Assembly (NCBI GenBank): GCA_003345555.1
Contig: PRDJ01000073.1
Coordinates: forward strand, 2,397 to 34,396
DNA length: 32,000 bases
Direction of reading: 5' to 3'
From: Candidatus Thorarchaeota archaeon
Lineage (GTDB): Archaea; Asgardarchaeota; Thorarchaeia; Thorarchaeales; Thorarchaeaceae
The position numbers and the translations under genes were made by a program. Positions 16,559 through 25,802 of the stretch are shown piece by piece. The notes under the pieces are model-generated. The model made no database searches. It was not told where the DNA came from and saw only the letters and a list, made by a program, of their open reading frames with translations. The stretch's first letter is position 1; each line of letters starts with the position of its first letter.

Positions 16559-17525
16559 TCGTTTCTTTCTTCTCCCTGTCGACGCTGTCGGGTGTACCTG
16601 TGGACGCAGTTGAAATCATCCCTAGCTCGGCCATCACTTCATCAAGTATCTCATCGCTGCCTTTTGCTTTTACGTACTCTGCGATACAACTTCTTACGAG
16701 CTCATCGAGCTGATTATGGATGGATGTACCATTCTCTGCTTGCGGGGCAACGAGCTTCATCTCTTCTGAATCAAGCTTGACCTTCGCCACAGCCTCAAAG
16801 GGCACGCCCAACTTGTCAGCTTGGACCTCAACCCAAGCTGAATTCTCTATGCCTTCAATCCTGCCCACTGCGCCGGGGCTTCGAAGTGTGAAGTAGCCTG
16901 CGCTTTCACCGATAGATAGTCTGATGCCGGCCCAAGAAATGCCAACGGTATCTCGAAGCAGGTCAACAGCAGCGCGCAACGGCCGAGCCTTGATGAGTGG
17001 AAAACTTGGGGTGGCATCATTTGGGAGTGCCATGTACGCAACGCGAAGAACAGTCAGCCCCAACACCATCAATAGCATGGCAAACACATGAGGGGCCCAC
17101 CCCGATGCTTGCTGGAATTGCTCCACAATGATTAGTGGCAACAGCAGGGCAATCGCGGCAACAGCAGCGGCCATCAAGACTAATGGAATATCAAACCTGC
17201 TTTGCAGGTGCGAGTATGCCCGCGTGTAGTCTCCTGCAAGATGCTCGAACTCACCATACTCAATCTCCCTTTCCTCAAGGTGCCACTCGATAGGAGACAC
17301 CGAAACCTGCAGTTTCATTCTCCAAGACGTTAGAATCAAGGGTGCCAGCATGGTCGCCATTACAGCAGCAGCCAGAACAAACCATCCACCCGGGTCTGAC
17401 CAAGCCGTCAGCAGTACAGATTGAGACAACTCCTCCCCTGCAACAATCCATATGAGTAAGACAACAAGAACAAGGGCGTAGTACGGGAGGAGTGATCTGT
17501 AGACGACAACTTCCTTAGACACCAT
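16551..17525 (-). CDS. Hypothetical membrane protein, paralog B of a tandem triplet
   Basis: Same 2TM-loop-2TM-soluble layout as its neighbours. Confidence 0.8.
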   Translation of the reverse strand: MVSKEVVVYRSLLPYYALVLVVLLIWIVAGEELSQSVLLTAWSDPGGWFVLAAAVMATMLAPLILTSWRMKLQVSVSPIEWHLEEREIEYGEFEHLAGDYTRAYSHLQSRFDIPLVLMAAAVAAIALLLPLIIVEQFQQASGWAPHVFAMLLMVLGLTVLRVAYMALPNDATPSFPLIKARPLRAAVDLLRDTVGISWAGIRLSIGESAGYFTLRSPGAVGRIEGIENSAWVEVQADKLGVPFEAVAKVKLDSEEMKLVAPQAENGTSIHNQLDELVRSCIAEYVKAKGSDEILDEVMAELGMISTASTGTPDSVDREKKETNE

Positions 17526-17559
17526 ACTGCCTCGTCACTAGAACGCGCTTACTGGACAG

Positions 17560-18606
17560 TTAGCAGTTTCGGTGCTCGAAGTCTACTTGCCGAACACCAA
17601 GGAGCTTGAGCTCTTCAGATGCTAGGCTTCCATTGATGCCCCTTTGCAGGAGTTCCGAGAGTATCAGTGCGATTGCGTTCTCGGTCACAAGTCGTACATC
17701 CTTCACACCCAACTGCCGAATCTTCGAGGGGACGGGGTTACGTACATAATATCCTTCTTTATCGTCTGGAGTCCTCTTGAGGAAACTCCTGTCTCCAGAG
17801 TGCCAAAGCCAAGATGTGCTCCATGAGCCATCAGGTCCTTTGAGGACACATAGGACCCGCGAAAGAGATCTGAGGTCCTCGGAGGCCGACTGGACACAAG
17901 CTTCGTGTTCGAATCCTGAGATACGCACAATCACGCGCGGATTTCTGTACACAGTGAAATCGCCACTCATTCCCTTGTCCATCGCTATTCTTACAGGTGA
18001 GACGTTGGGAACGCCCTGCTGCATTCCAGCTAGCCAGAGAGCCTCACGGATCGGAGGAAGTTGGAAGTCGGGCGAGGCCAAGTTGGAAGTTGCTCGATAT
18101 CCACCATAGAAGCTGACAACTCCGATGCATGTTACTGTCAGAACTGACAGGACTGTAATAGATGGAGCAGTCAAACGGTTTACAAAGAAGGAGTAGTACG
18201 GCAGCGACAGATTCAGGAAAACCAAAACGACAGGGAGATGGAAGTACCAAAGCCTGCTAATGGGCACCATGCGGCTGTATTGTCTGGCATGGTCCCGAAT
18301 CAAACGGACACATTCTTCGGCCTCTAGCTGAATGGTTTGGAACTCCCAGTTTGGACGTGAATAGGAGACTGCGGACTTCTTTCCCCTCCAGCCCAGAAAG
18401 AATCCGATAATGGCCGTGTACAATGGCAGGCCTAGAAAGAAAAGTAGCACAGAAGCATAGACAAAGTCAGACATAGGTGCGGCAATCGGGACGATGTAGC
18501 AGGAGATTGAGATCACGAAAATGGTCTGGAGAAGGAACAGGCCCCAGATGACTTTGAGTGATTTGTAGGCAATCGGAGACGCTGACATCCACGAACCGTC
18601 CTTCAC
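17560..18606 (-). CDS. Hypothetical membrane protein, paralog C of a tandem triplet
   Basis: Same layout; start is either GTG 18606 or ATG 18588. Confidence 0.8.
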   Translation of the reverse strand: MKDGSWMSASPIAYKSLKVIWGLFLLQTIFVISISCYIVPIAAPMSDFVYASVLLFFLGLPLYTAIIGFFLGWRGKKSAVSYSRPNWEFQTIQLEAEECVRLIRDHARQYSRMVPISRLWYFHLPVVLVFLNLSLPYYSFFVNRLTAPSITVLSVLTVTCIGVVSFYGGYRATSNLASPDFQLPPIREALWLAGMQQGVPNVSPVRIAMDKGMSGDFTVYRNPRVIVRISGFEHEACVQSASEDLRSLSRVLCVLKGPDGSWSTSWLWHSGDRSFLKRTPDDKEGYYVRNPVPSKIRQLGVKDVRLVTENAIALILSELLQRGINGSLASEELKLLGVRQVDFEHRNC

Positions 18607-18770
18607 TGTTGCGACACAATTCTGGCATCTTTAAGCGTTGCGCGCCGGCCATGAGTCCGGCAGGCACGCCTCCATACTGTGAGACGAATGTGCCGACCTA
18701 TTGTGCTGTCGGTTCTTGCGACCTACGACAACATTTATTAGCAGTGGGATGTTAACAATTGTGAAGTAAA

Positions 18771-18776
18771 GGAGGT
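18771..18776 (+). promoter_or_regulatory. Shine-Dalgarno GGAGGT for the first bcp gene
   Basis: GGAGGT ends 9 nt upstream of ATG 18786. Confidence 0.7.
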
Positions 18777-18785
18777 TGTAGTGCC

Positions 18786-19268
18786 ATGATTAAAGTAGGA
18801 GATAAGGCTCCAGACTTTGAGACGACCACTGCGAGCGGTGAGAGGTTCAAATTGAGCGGCTTGAAGGGCAAGAGGGTTCTTTTGTACTTCTACCCTAAGG
18901 ACGACACACCCGGGTGCACAGCTGAGGCATGCTCAATACGAGACAGCTACGCAGCCTTTGCTGGGAACAATGCGGTCGTGTATGGCGTGTCAGGTGGGCC
19001 TTCAAAATCGCATCAGGATTTCAAGAAGAAGTACAATCTGCCGTTTCCTCTGCTTATGGATGAAGACTTCCGGATAGCAAGGCTGTACGGGGTATACGGA
19101 ATGAAACAGATGTACGGCAAAGACTACGTGGGTATTGAAAGGACCTCATTCCTAATCAATCAGGAGGGCAATATCGAAGCCATATTCGGCGGACCTGAAG
19201 GAATGGAGAAGGTGAACACAAAGGAACATGCCAAGCAGGTCCTTGAGGTATGGGGCCTGAAGCTATAG
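18786..19268 (+). CDS. bcp: Peroxiredoxin, BCP/PrxQ family (copy 1)
   Basis: KVGDKAPDF; LYFYPKDDTPGCTAEAC (peroxidatic and resolving Cys); FPLLMD; ERTSFLI. Confidence 0.95.
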   Translation: MIKVGDKAPDFETTTASGERFKLSGLKGKRVLLYFYPKDDTPGCTAEACSIRDSYAAFAGNNAVVYGVSGGPSKSHQDFKKKYNLPFPLLMDEDFRIARLYGVYGMKQMYGKDYVGIERTSFLINQEGNIEAIFGGPEGMEKVNTKEHAKQVLEVWGLKL

Positions 19269-19279
19269 AGGTGACTGGA

Positions 19280-19762
19280 ATGTTGAAAGTAGGTGATCAG
19301 GCACCGGATTTCGAGACAATCACGGACTCCGGGGAGAAGTTCAAACTTAGTGACCTTAGAGGAAGGAAGGTTGTCGTCTACTTCTATCCTGCTGATTCAA
19401 GTCCGGGGTGCACAAAAGAGGCGTGTTCCATCAGGGATAACTACGATACTTTCCTTGCCCAAGGAATTGGTGTCTACGGAATCTCTGGGGGGTCGATCGC
19501 ATCCCACCAACACTTCAAGCAGGAAAACAAGCTGAACTTCCCGCTCCTGTTGGACGAGGATCATAGCATTGCCAAACTCTACGGCGTCTACAAGCCAATC
19601 GGAGTTCTTGGCAAGGGGGTACTCGGAGTAAGGCGAGTTAGCTTTCTCATAGATGAGAAAGGGAAGATAGAAGGTATCTTCGGCGGCTCCGAAGGCCTAG
19701 ACAAGGTGAAGTCGAGTCAACACGCCGAACAGATAATCAACTTCTGGGGCCTTAAACTCTGA
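19280..19762 (+). CDS. bcp: Peroxiredoxin, BCP/PrxQ family (copy 2)
   Basis: KVGDQAPDF; YFYPADSSPGCTKEAC. SD GAGGTGA at 19268-19274 supports ATG 19280; same length (483 bp) as copy 1. Confidence 0.95.
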   Translation: MLKVGDQAPDFETITDSGEKFKLSDLRGRKVVVYFYPADSSPGCTKEACSIRDNYDTFLAQGIGVYGISGGSIASHQHFKQENKLNFPLLLDEDHSIAKLYGVYKPIGVLGKGVLGVRRVSFLIDEKGKIEGIFGGSEGLDKVKSSQHAEQIINFWGLKL

Positions 19763-19775
19763 GTATGCCCTGTTC

Positions 19776-20510
19776 TTACCTTTCCATAGGCCGACCCACG
19801 CTGCTCAAGTAGATGACTGATTCTTTGACTCCGTCGACGTTAAGAATCGCATTTATCTCATTGTCGTAGAAGGCACCTATTTGACAGCTCCCGAGACCAA
19901 TCGCTTCGGCGGCAAGAGCAAGGTTCTCTGCGATGTGACCAACGTCCATGTATACATACCTTGCCGCTCTCTCGAGGTATTTCCATATTGACCTCTGGAA
20001 AACCGCGGACCAAATGAAAACGACTGCGGCGCGGGATGCCGTGTCTTGGTCGAGAGCCCCCTCAGCGATTTCCTTAGCAAGGTTGCCCGGCTTGAGCAAT
20101 TGCAGAACATGAGCTCTCACATCGTAGTGATAGAGGCCCTGTTCAAGATCTGTAACACGATTTGCGTAGATGTAGGTCTCAACCGGGTACAATGCACCTG
20201 CGGAAGGGGCCGTGCGCAAACTATTCTCTCTGAGGTCAGCTGTTATGCCTTGCGTTGCCCAGAGAAGCTGTGATAGATCCTGCTTTGTCAGTGGGGTTTG
20301 AGTGTAGGCTCTGATGCTTCTTCTTCTTCGTAACGCATCCCAGATCCCAGAACCATCATTCGTCTTGGGCAACGGCAGAGTGATGACCTTCTTGTCCGAA
20401 TAGTCTTTGAATGGCGAAGGCCTGGGGATTTGATCAGCGCCTCGCGTCGGAAGTCGCCCACGAACATACTTTGTCTTTTCCTGAAAGTCCTCAACAAATG
20501 CCGGAGCCAT
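19776..20510 (-). CDS. SagB/ThcOx-family FMN-dependent dehydrogenase (nitroreductase superfamily)
   Basis: RRRSIRAY; LSQLLWATQG; RTAPSAGALYPVETY; YVYMDVGHIAENL; IGAFYD. Confidence 0.9.
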   Translation of the reverse strand: MAPAFVEDFQEKTKYVRGRLPTRGADQIPRPSPFKDYSDKKVITLPLPKTNDGSGIWDALRRRRSIRAYTQTPLTKQDLSQLLWATQGITADLRENSLRTAPSAGALYPVETYIYANRVTDLEQGLYHYDVRAHVLQLLKPGNLAKEIAEGALDQDTASRAAVVFIWSAVFQRSIWKYLERAARYVYMDVGHIAENLALAAEAIGLGSCQIGAFYDNEINAILNVDGVKESVIYLSSVGRPMER

Positions 20511-20683
20511 ACATCATCGAGACAAGCGCGGTTACTCCATCTTATCAACTAATGGGCGACCCTGCGACCCTCTTCATCCTATCTCCGATGGTACGGGCAT
20601 AGGTTTTAATCGAGGGTGAAAGCCAGCACCATCCGTGCAAGCAGACCAAGAGAAGTCTGCACGAAGTTAAGGGGCACAGAGCA

Positions 20684-22111
20684 ATGCCGGAGAAGAAGAC
20701 AACCAAGAAAGAGCCCGAGAAGAAGGTCGAGAAGCCTACCGTTCCGGTGAAGGCTGAAGAGCAACTTTCCGCGGATGAGCTGAAGAAGAAAGCTGAGAAA
20801 CCTGGCAAAGATGCAATGATCTTGCATCCATTCTATCAAGGCAAGATTATGAGCATCGGCAAATGCCCAGTGAGAGATTTCTCAGATTTTGCCATATGGT
20901 ATACGCCGGGTGTAGCAAAGCCATGCCTCGCTATAAAGGACAACGAGGATCTAGCCTATGAGCACACCAACAAGGGCAACATGGTTGCTGTGGTAAGTGA
21001 CGGAACCAGAGTTCTGGGACTCGGTGACATTGGTCCCTATGGCGCTGGTCCGGTAATGGAAGGTAAGGCACTGTTGTTCAAGTACCTTGGCGGTGTCGAT
21101 GCTTGGCCACTTTGTGTCGACACGAAAGACACGCAGAAGATAATCGATTTTGTGAAGCTAATCCAGCCGACGTTTGGAGGAATCAACCTCGAGGACATTG
21201 CTAAGCCCAAGTGCTATGACGTGCTCGATACGCTGAGACGTGACCCTAGCATCAAGATACCAGTCTGGCATGACGATCAGCAAGGCACGGCCTGCGTAGT
21301 TCTGGCTGGTGTCTACGGCGGCCTGAGAGTTGTTAAGAAGGACATCAGGACTGCTAAGGTTGCCATGATGGGCGTCGGAGCCGCAAACACTCGTACAGCA
21401 TACCTCCTCATGGCTGCTGGGGTCAACCCGAAGAACATGGTCATGGTTGATACCAAAGGCGCCATCTATGCAGACCGTGAGGATATTGTGAAAGAGAAGA
21501 ACTATGATAGGCTCAAATACGATTTGGCTCAGAAAACGAACCCGACTCGCATGACAGGCGACCTCGGAGCTGTCATATCGGGTGCTGACGTATTGATTTC
21601 CGCCTCCGAACCAGTTCCGGGATCTATCAAGAAGGAGTGGGTCTCGAAAATGGCGAAGGACTCTATTATCTTCGCATGCGCTAATCCTCTCCCTGAGATA
21701 TGGCCATGGGATGCGAAGGACGCTGGAGCGAAAATCGTTGGAACAGGGCGAAGTGATTTCGATAACCAAATCAACAACTCCCTTGGATTCCCCGGCATTT
21801 TCAGAGGAGCCTTGGACGTCCAGGCACGGACGATTACCGACGAGATGTGCATTGCAGCGGCGAAGGCTCTTGCGGACCTCGGTGCCAAACAGGCATCAGA
21901 GCGCAAGGTCATTCCAACAATGAGTCAATGGGAACTCTACCCGCTTGAAGCAACCGCTGTGGGAATGAAGGCGATTGAACAGAAGATCGCCAGAAAACAG
22001 TGGGAGGAGAAAGAGCTGTACAAGCATGCCGAGGATGTAATCAGGACGGCAAGGGCAGCCTCCGAGATGTTGTACAAGCAAGGCTTCATTCCCAAGGCAC
22101 CGCCAACCTGA
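20684..22111 (+). CDS. NAD(P)-dependent malic enzyme
   Basis: YTPGVA; VAVVSDGTRVLGLGDIG; PVMEGKALLFK; GGINLEDI; PVWHDDQQGT; GVGAAN; ACANP; GRSDFDNQINNSLGFPGIFRGALD. Lys/Glu-rich N-terminal extension. Confidence 0.95.
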   Translation: MPEKKTTKKEPEKKVEKPTVPVKAEEQLSADELKKKAEKPGKDAMILHPFYQGKIMSIGKCPVRDFSDFAIWYTPGVAKPCLAIKDNEDLAYEHTNKGNMVAVVSDGTRVLGLGDIGPYGAGPVMEGKALLFKYLGGVDAWPLCVDTKDTQKIIDFVKLIQPTFGGINLEDIAKPKCYDVLDTLRRDPSIKIPVWHDDQQGTACVVLAGVYGGLRVVKKDIRTAKVAMMGVGAANTRTAYLLMAAGVNPKNMVMVDTKGAIYADREDIVKEKNYDRLKYDLAQKTNPTRMTGDLGAVISGADVLISASEPVPGSIKKEWVSKMAKDSIIFACANPLPEIWPWDAKDAGAKIVGTGRSDFDNQINNSLGFPGIFRGALDVQARTITDEMCIAAAKALADLGAKQASERKVIPTMSQWELYPLEATAVGMKAIEQKIARKQWEEKELYKHAEDVIRTARAASEMLYKQGFIPKAPPT

Positions 22112-22206
22112 ACATCAGACATGGGCTGCGTTGCGGAACCTCCGCCGCAGCCATCTCCTTTTCCTAGAACTCGAATCGCGTACGCAGTATCCGATGATGC
22201 TACATC

Positions 22207-24180
22207 TCAGTGATGCACCCGACGCTCGATGAGAATCGAGCCGAGTGCGAATGGCAGAAGTACAAGTAGTGCAATCACGGATACGTTGTTGATATGGGGA
22301 TTGCTATCATTGCCATCAACGAGCAAGTCATAGTCGCAATCTGGGAACAATGGATCTAGACGCTCAAGGAGCTCTAGCTGATCTCTAAGAAGGTCATTAT
22401 CACTATCTGAACTCAGGGGATTCATTCCCCGTTCCACCTCCACGGTGTCAGGCACGCCATCATGGTCTCCGTCTGGCGAAAGGGGATCCGAACCGTGTTG
22501 GTACTCCTGAATGTTTGCCAGAGTATCGTTGTCAGAATCTAGAGCAGAATCGTCAATCAGCGCATTCAAACCCCACTCGACCTCCCAGTTGTCAGGCATT
22601 CCATCAGTATCTGTATCGGAGTTCGTGGGGTTTGTCCCAAGGCCTATTTCCCGAATGTTGGACAGACCGTCACCATCCGGGTCTTCACGACTGTCATCAC
22701 GCAAGGGGTCTAGACCGTATCGGACCTCAATAGCGTCACCCATATCATCGTTGTCAGTGTCAGGTCTGAAGACGTCCGTGCTATTTCCGATTTCATCCTT
22801 GTCACTGAGACCGTCACGGTCCCAATCGAGCGGCGGGTCAGGTGGCGGCCAAGAGTACTGCACAGAATCTAGTATTCCATTTCCATCGGTATCCGACGCG
22901 TATTCCAAATACAGAGTCACATCAGAGGTCTTGTTTGCCTGATTGAGAACAGTCACGGTTAGAATGCCAAGAGGACAGACATAGTCTGATTCCATGGAGA
23001 AGTTGCCAACAGGCAGCTGAGTCATCGGCAGGAGGATTGACGTACCGTTCGCAATTGTGACAGCGAGGCTGCTGCCCTTAGATGTCGAGCCTCGCAATTC
23101 CACCTTCTGAGGAACAGTCATCACTGCTCCCAAAGTGGCATTTGCAAAGGGAGAAACCGATTGCTCCATTCTCTGTCGAGAGATTTCTCCGTTTCCACGC
23201 ATGGCCAGATAGACTGCAGCAGATGCGGATGCCCTGGCTACAAGGATGGCCTGGGTGGTGTCGTAACTGGATTCACCCAACCTATCTGATGGAGGCATCT
23301 CGGGATCGTATGTGTGGCCACTCTTGATATTCACAGAGGGAAAACCTGCAGCCAGAAAGGAGAGATGATCGGTCTGTGTGTATGTTCCTCTCGATGCCAA
23401 CATTATATCCGGACCCGAACGTCTCATAAACGAAATGAGTAGGTCTGCGAGGTACTTGGTTGTCTGGTAGCCCTGCAGGGATTCGCTCTCATGCTCCGCG
23501 AGCAGACATCTGTAATCTTCTTGGACTGGATTGTGATACAGAAGCTCGTCATAGTTGTAGAATGCGATAACCTCAGCACCTTGTGCAACCAAGTACTGCA
23601 AAATCTCCTTTGAACCATAGAGTGCTCTGATCCAGTGATTGGGGTCGATGAACTCCATGTTGCCTGCGAAGAAACAGTAGTAGATATCGACAGGCAGTCT
23701 GAATTGCGACAGAATTCGGGCTATCATCATCACCACCCCACAGCCGCCCGCGTTCTGATCCACGCCCATACCTGATTCTGCCGAGTCCAAATGCGCTCCA
23801 AGCACCAAGGCGCGGGAATCGTTCCCGTAACCTTTCTGATACCCGAGAACCGAACGGTGCGCCCCGAAGAACGATGCATTCACTCCCCACACCTTCAGTT
23901 GGTCGATTATCCATTTCGCGGCTAATTCATAGCCTGCTGTGCCGTCGAACCGAGGACCGTAGTTGGCTATTGTCTGGTAGCAGTGCAGAAAATCAATCCC
24001 CATCCCCAGTTGCCAAGCAATGTCCCACCAGTCGAGCTTGTTGAACGGGTCTAGGACTATCTCGGGTGTTGACTCGGGAGTCTGATTACCGGGCAATGGA
24101 AACCATAGCCATACCCCGGTTACGGCCACGGAGACTACTACCGCAACCAGGGCCAATGAGAGCGCTCTGCGTCGGTCCAT
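22207..24180 (-). CDS. M28-family peptidase-like surface protein with C-terminal DxDxD Ca-binding (TSP3-like) repeats and N- and C-terminal TM anchors
   Basis: LVLGAHLDSA, GVDQNAGG, NYD and TDHLSF M28 motifs; acidic repeats; hydrophobic ends. ATG 24180 is the likely start (track start 24309). Confidence 0.8.
   Translation of the reverse strand: MDRRRALSLALVAVVVSVAVTGVWLWFPLPGNQTPESTPEIVLDPFNKLDWWDIAWQLGMGIDFLHCYQTIANYGPRFDGTAGYELAAKWIIDQLKVWGVNASFFGAHRSVLGYQKGYGNDSRALVLGAHLDSAESGMGVDQNAGGCGVVMMIARILSQFRLPVDIYYCFFAGNMEFIDPNHWIRALYGSKEILQYLVAQGAEVIAFYNYDELLYHNPVQEDYRCLLAEHESESLQGYQTTKYLADLLISFMRRSGPDIMLASRGTYTQTDHLSFLAAGFPSVNIKSGHTYDPEMPPSDRLGESSYDTTQAILVARASASAAVYLAMRGNGEISRQRMEQSVSPFANATLGAVMTVPQKVELRGSTSKGSSLAVTIANGTSILLPMTQLPVGNFSMESDYVCPLGILTVTVLNQANKTSDVTLYLEYASDTDGNGILDSVQYSWPPPDPPLDWDRDGLSDKDEIGNSTDVFRPDTDNDDMGDAIEVRYGLDPLRDDSREDPDGDGLSNIREIGLGTNPTNSDTDTDGMPDNWEVEWGLNALIDDSALDSDNDTLANIQEYQHGSDPLSPDGDHDGVPDTVEVERGMNPLSSDSDNDLLRDQLELLERLDPLFPDCDYDLLVDGNDSNPHINNVSVIALLVLLPFALGSILIERRVHH
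22306..22893 (-). repeat. Nine acidic DxDxD(G)-type Ca-binding repeats, mostly ~19-aa period
   Basis: DTDGNG, DWDRDGLSDKDE, DTDNDDMGDAIE, DPDGDGLSNIRE, DTDTDGMPDNWE, DSDNDTLANIQE, DGDHDGVPDTVE, DSDNDLLRDQLE, DCDYDLLVDGND. Confidence 0.85.
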
Positions 24181-24397
24181 TTCAGTCTTAGACCCTCGTT
24201 CTGTGGGTTCATCAGTGTGGCCCGCAAACATGGATAAATAGCCGTCGAAAGCAGTACTCATGCGGCAAGGGATGTCCACTGCAAAGCGCATTCGATGTTC
24301 CAACGTCAATCACATTGCGCAGCATGAAACGACGCACTTGCATGTATTCTACAACTAGAGGAAGACGTTCCTATCCAAAGTCGGTGGCCGAATACAG

Positions 24398-25738
24398 TTG
24401 AGACTCAGAGATGTTGTAGCAGGTGCCAATGCCTCCATGTACTATCGGACAGACTTCAGAAGGATTAAGGCCGTCTATTATCCTCAAACAGAGAGAGACG
24501 CAGTCGAGGCTATAGCCAAGGCCCGAGAAATGGGGTACGACGTGACGCCGAAGGGGGCTGGCTCGGGGCTGAGCGGTGCATGCACGGGAGGAAACAGAGA
24601 CCGTGTTATCATAACCACCCTCCGGATGAACCGTGTACTCTCGATTTCGCCGGATCATACCTATGCAGATGTTCAGCCCGGTGCCACACCTGACGAAATC
24701 AACGCGGTGCTGGCACCTTCTACGATGAGGTTCCATGTCACACCCAGCAGCAGGGATGTGGCGACTGTCGGAGGAATGCTCAGCACAGATAGTGGAGGAA
24801 ATGATGCTTGGCTGCACGGGACCATGAGAGACAATACGCTGAGGGCAAAGATACTGACCTATGATGGAAAGCAGATCGAAGTAGGCCGAGAAGGAGTCAG
24901 ATGCGAGGACACCTCTCTTGAAGATGATCTAAATAGGAAAGCGCTGACGCTGAATGATATCGCAGACGCCCATGGTTTGCTTGGATTTGTGACCGAACTG
25001 CGACTTGCACTGAAGCCGATTGGCGATGAGACTGTTATGGCGGGTCTTGTCGAGTGCACCGACATCAGCGAACTAGGCAGCGTTGTTCAAGACATAATCA
25101 GTGCCAAAATCCCCGTGACGTATGGAGAAACCGTAATCTATGCTCATCCGGATATACGAGGCAGCCTGAATCCGCCGCTACTAGTCCTTGAATTCCCAGA
25201 AGCCCACCTGAGGGACCTTCAGAGTATTACCCGTCTCAGGATGCTCACCAGAGAGGAACTAGCCGAACTGAAGGATATTAGGCTCAAGCTGGCAAAGCGA
25301 ACTCCCAAGAGGGGTCTCCAGATTTCCCTATTTGAGGACTACGGTTTCTATGGACATAACCTGTCAAGGCTGCAGGAGCGCGTGGAGAGAATCGACTCGT
25401 ATTTGAGGGAGCACTCCTTCGAACCCCTCGCAAAATACGGCCACGCGCCAACGAAGTGGTACATGGGAGACAACACGCAAGCCAACGGAATCATCATGCA
25501 CTCCAACGAGATTAAGCAGCCCCGCCAGAGCAGCTCCGATGTATTCGAGACCGCGATGGGGCTAGTTCGGTTGTGCGAGGAACTTGGAGTGACACCAAAG
25601 CCCGAACACAAGTGGATCTACTCAGATTATGCAAAGCTGGCACGGATTCGAGAGCTTAGAGAAGTGATTGGGGGCGGGTTCAATAGCTTCATCCTTGACC
25701 CAGACTGCGGCGCTGTTCTTAGTACCATGATTCAGTAG
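24398..25738 (+). CDS. FAD-binding oxidoreductase, GlcD/D-lactate dehydrogenase family (copy 1)
   Basis: VTPKGAGSGLSG; VQPGAT; TPSSRDVATVGGMLSTDSGG; GLLGFVTE; C-terminal PEH. TTG start. Confidence 0.85.
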   Translation: MRLRDVVAGANASMYYRTDFRRIKAVYYPQTERDAVEAIAKAREMGYDVTPKGAGSGLSGACTGGNRDRVIITTLRMNRVLSISPDHTYADVQPGATPDEINAVLAPSTMRFHVTPSSRDVATVGGMLSTDSGGNDAWLHGTMRDNTLRAKILTYDGKQIEVGREGVRCEDTSLEDDLNRKALTLNDIADAHGLLGFVTELRLALKPIGDETVMAGLVECTDISELGSVVQDIISAKIPVTYGETVIYAHPDIRGSLNPPLLVLEFPEAHLRDLQSITRLRMLTREELAELKDIRLKLAKRTPKRGLQISLFEDYGFYGHNLSRLQERVERIDSYLREHSFEPLAKYGHAPTKWYMGDNTQANGIIMHSNEIKQPRQSSSDVFETAMGLVRLCEELGVTPKPEHKWIYSDYAKLARIRELREVIGGGFNSFILDPDCGAVLSTMIQ

Positions 25739-25770
25739 TTGACCGCGGATTACTTTCGGGCATGTCCCGG

Positions 25771-25788
25771 GGCGGTTTATATACCGCC
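25771..25788 (+). promoter_or_regulatory. TATA box (TTTATATA, 25776-25783) embedded in an inverted repeat GGCGGT-N6-ACCGCC upstream of the cdc6-like gene
   Basis: Read directly from the sequence; the spacing to ATG 25803 fits a leaderless or short-leader archaeal transcript. Confidence 0.6.
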
Positions 25789-25802
25789 AAAAGGACGGTC
25801 TC

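Noticed and set aside
19776-20510. SagB/ThcOx dehydrogenase as part of the RiPP-like rSAM system
   Set aside because: About 15 kb away, no YcaO cyclodehydratase or precursor adjacent; stand-alone SagB-like nitroreductases are common in archaea.
25740-25802. Replication origin (ORB elements) next to the cdc6-like gene
   Set aside because: Intergenic spaces are short, with no recognisable ORB repeats or AT-rich unwinding element.
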